NCBI RefSeq assembly: GCF_964204645.1
Contig: NC_134026.1
Span: forward strand, 5,913,950 to 5,977,949
DNA length: 64,000 bases
Origin: Tubulanus polymorphus
Taxonomy: Eukaryota > Animalia > Nemertea
Direction of reading: 5' to 3'
The translations under genes were made by a program, and so were the position numbers. Of this stretch, positions 62,281 through 64,000 are shown in pieces; the first letter of the stretch is position 1, and every line of letters begins with the position of its first letter. The notes beneath the pieces were generated by a model. That model did not search any database. It saw only the letters and a program-made list of their open reading frames with translations, and was not told the DNA's origin.

Positions 62281-62715
62281 TGCTCAGGCTATTTTTACGA
62301 CGCCGTAGACGGTCGACACCAGCCATATTTACGACGTTTCATTCTTATTGGCTTGTTCACGTTGCGCATGAGCACTAGGGTACGCGACTTAGAAAATTCA
62401 AGGCAAGTGTTGAGATTAGAGTTAGAGAAAATAGAGCAGACAGAGCGAGACTCGAACCCGGGCCAGTAAATTACTAGCGCAGCATCATATCACTAGACCT
62501 CCGACCTCGCTGAAAACCAACCTAATGTTTTAACTAAATATAGCCTCACCTTACCCTTATCCTATCCCTAGGGGGTAAAGCGGACCCTAACCCTTTAGAC
62601 CCTCTTCTCACCCTCTTGACACTCCTCTCTAGATCATAATCCTAAATTCAAAACCGTCAAAATATAAAACTGTCATAAATATAGAATTTACGACGCCGTT
62701 AATATAGCCACTTAG
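62281..62715. mobile_element. 435-bp MULE-like non-autonomous element containing a tRNA-like segment
   Basis: 9-bp TSD TAAAAAGAA (62272-62280, 62716-62724). Inverted repeats GGCTATTTTTACGACGCCGT / ACGACGCCGTTAATATAGCC. B-box-like GGGTTCGAGTC on the minus strand at ~62450-62460 and CCCTAA-like repeats. Confidence 0.65.
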
Positions 62716-64000
62716 TAAAAAGAAAGCAAGTAACAAAATTTTATTTAGTCTATGATTCCTCTTCAAGTCCCGTCATGCAGGTGTTACCAACGACAAACAT
62801 ATCAAAATATGCTCATTTGAACTCGGCGAAATTTTGTTTATTCAGCGGGTGGGCGGCCATTCGTTTTTGTCTGAAATTTGTCTGACCCTCATTTGAACTG
62901 GGATCTCGGTGCAGACCATGAACTGTTCGAGGTTAAAGTTAGTGTAATATTTTTGACAATATATACTTAATGATTTGATGGTGAGCCACAGGGCCGTTGG
63001 ACCTTTATTCCAGTTAACATACTACCAGTAGGGCCAACCCTATTGACCTTTCCCCGACAGATTTGTTTTGTAATATATTCTGTTATTATATCATATATAA
63101 GACTATCTGAGCTGAAAGTACTTTACAACTGTAAATTACCCTGTCTTTCAGTTAAGTTTTTGACATGAAATGTTTAATTGGTGTATGTTTTAGAATTAAA
63201 GTTTGTCTTTTGCAGCATGATTTTGGACTTCATAATTTACAGTCCAGTCATAGATTTAACTTGAAATTGAATTCTTTCTGGATCTTTCAATCATAAATAG
63301 ATTTGCCCTAGCCTACCAGTGAGGTCAAAGCAGTCATCCATATTTGGTTTTTTCTTTACCGGCAATTGACCAATTGACCTTTCCCAACAAATTAAATTCA
63401 GCATTCCTTAATTATATCTTGTCAGACTAGCTGAACTGAAATTTAAAATGGTAATATTTTTTGACGCCTTTTAAAACGTTACCATTATGAAACCTAAACA
63501 ATGATAACCATTCAGCGTCATTTTACAAACGACAACCGTAAATCGATGTGCAAAACGTCACAGGTCTATGCGTACACATACAAGCTATTTGGCAAAATAT
63601 TATTGACAAAGATGTAGAATGGCTTCCTGTGATTATATAATGAGCTCTATTTGAACGTCGAAATGTTATATTGCATTGAATATCATTAGAAGACGCAATG
63701 TAATAGTAAAGGATGTATGATTATATCAGAAGCGGCAGGCATAAATAGAAATGATAAGTAAATTATTCGGTCAAAATGGCGGATGTATACACGATTTGGA
63801 AGTCTGATATAAAAGCATGACCCTGACATGGGGAATCTGGTGGAATGACGAAGCTATCTACGATCTGTGTAGGGCCGGCGTGAATTTCATCGGCGGCTAC
63901 AATCAGTCAATATAAAAATGTGTTACATATAATTTCAATATTCAAATGTTTTAGTAAATATGTTCGATAAAAGGGTTTCATGAGATTAGCAATATATAAT

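Noticed and set aside
62545-62650. Telomeric repeat array
   Set aside because: Only scattered degenerate CCCTAA-like units inside a TSD-flanked element.

Overview
AT-rich, intron-rich eukaryotic DNA, probably from an invertebrate animal (inferred; the species cannot be read from the sequence). From left to right: (1) an apparently intact 5.5-kb ISL2EU-type (PIF/Harbinger-related) DNA transposon at 664-6209, with a THAP-DDE transposase and a convergent SAP-SWIM-YqaJ exonuclease gene; (2) a 9-exon D-aspartate/D-amino-acid oxidase gene; (3) a near-identical tandem duplication (18866-37885 and 37887-60592). Each copy holds an 11-exon SDS22-type LRR/coiled-coil gene and secreted ~413-aa proteins that resemble alpha-helical pore-forming toxins (three intact genes, one divergent pseudogene and two relics in total); (4) a 5' coding exon of a carbamoyl-phosphate synthetase (CAD/CPS) gene. 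A candidate upstream exon at 18243-18303 encodes a mitochondrial-presequence-like peptide and splices in phase onto that CPS exon, which would place the whole LRR/toxin array inside a ~43.6-kb intron. The two duplicate copies carry different transposon insertions 6 bp apart: a triple-nested MULE-in-MULE-plus-LINE (9-bp TSDs) and a 1.5-kb element with a 5-bp TSD. All gene models were spliced by hand and no database searches were run.
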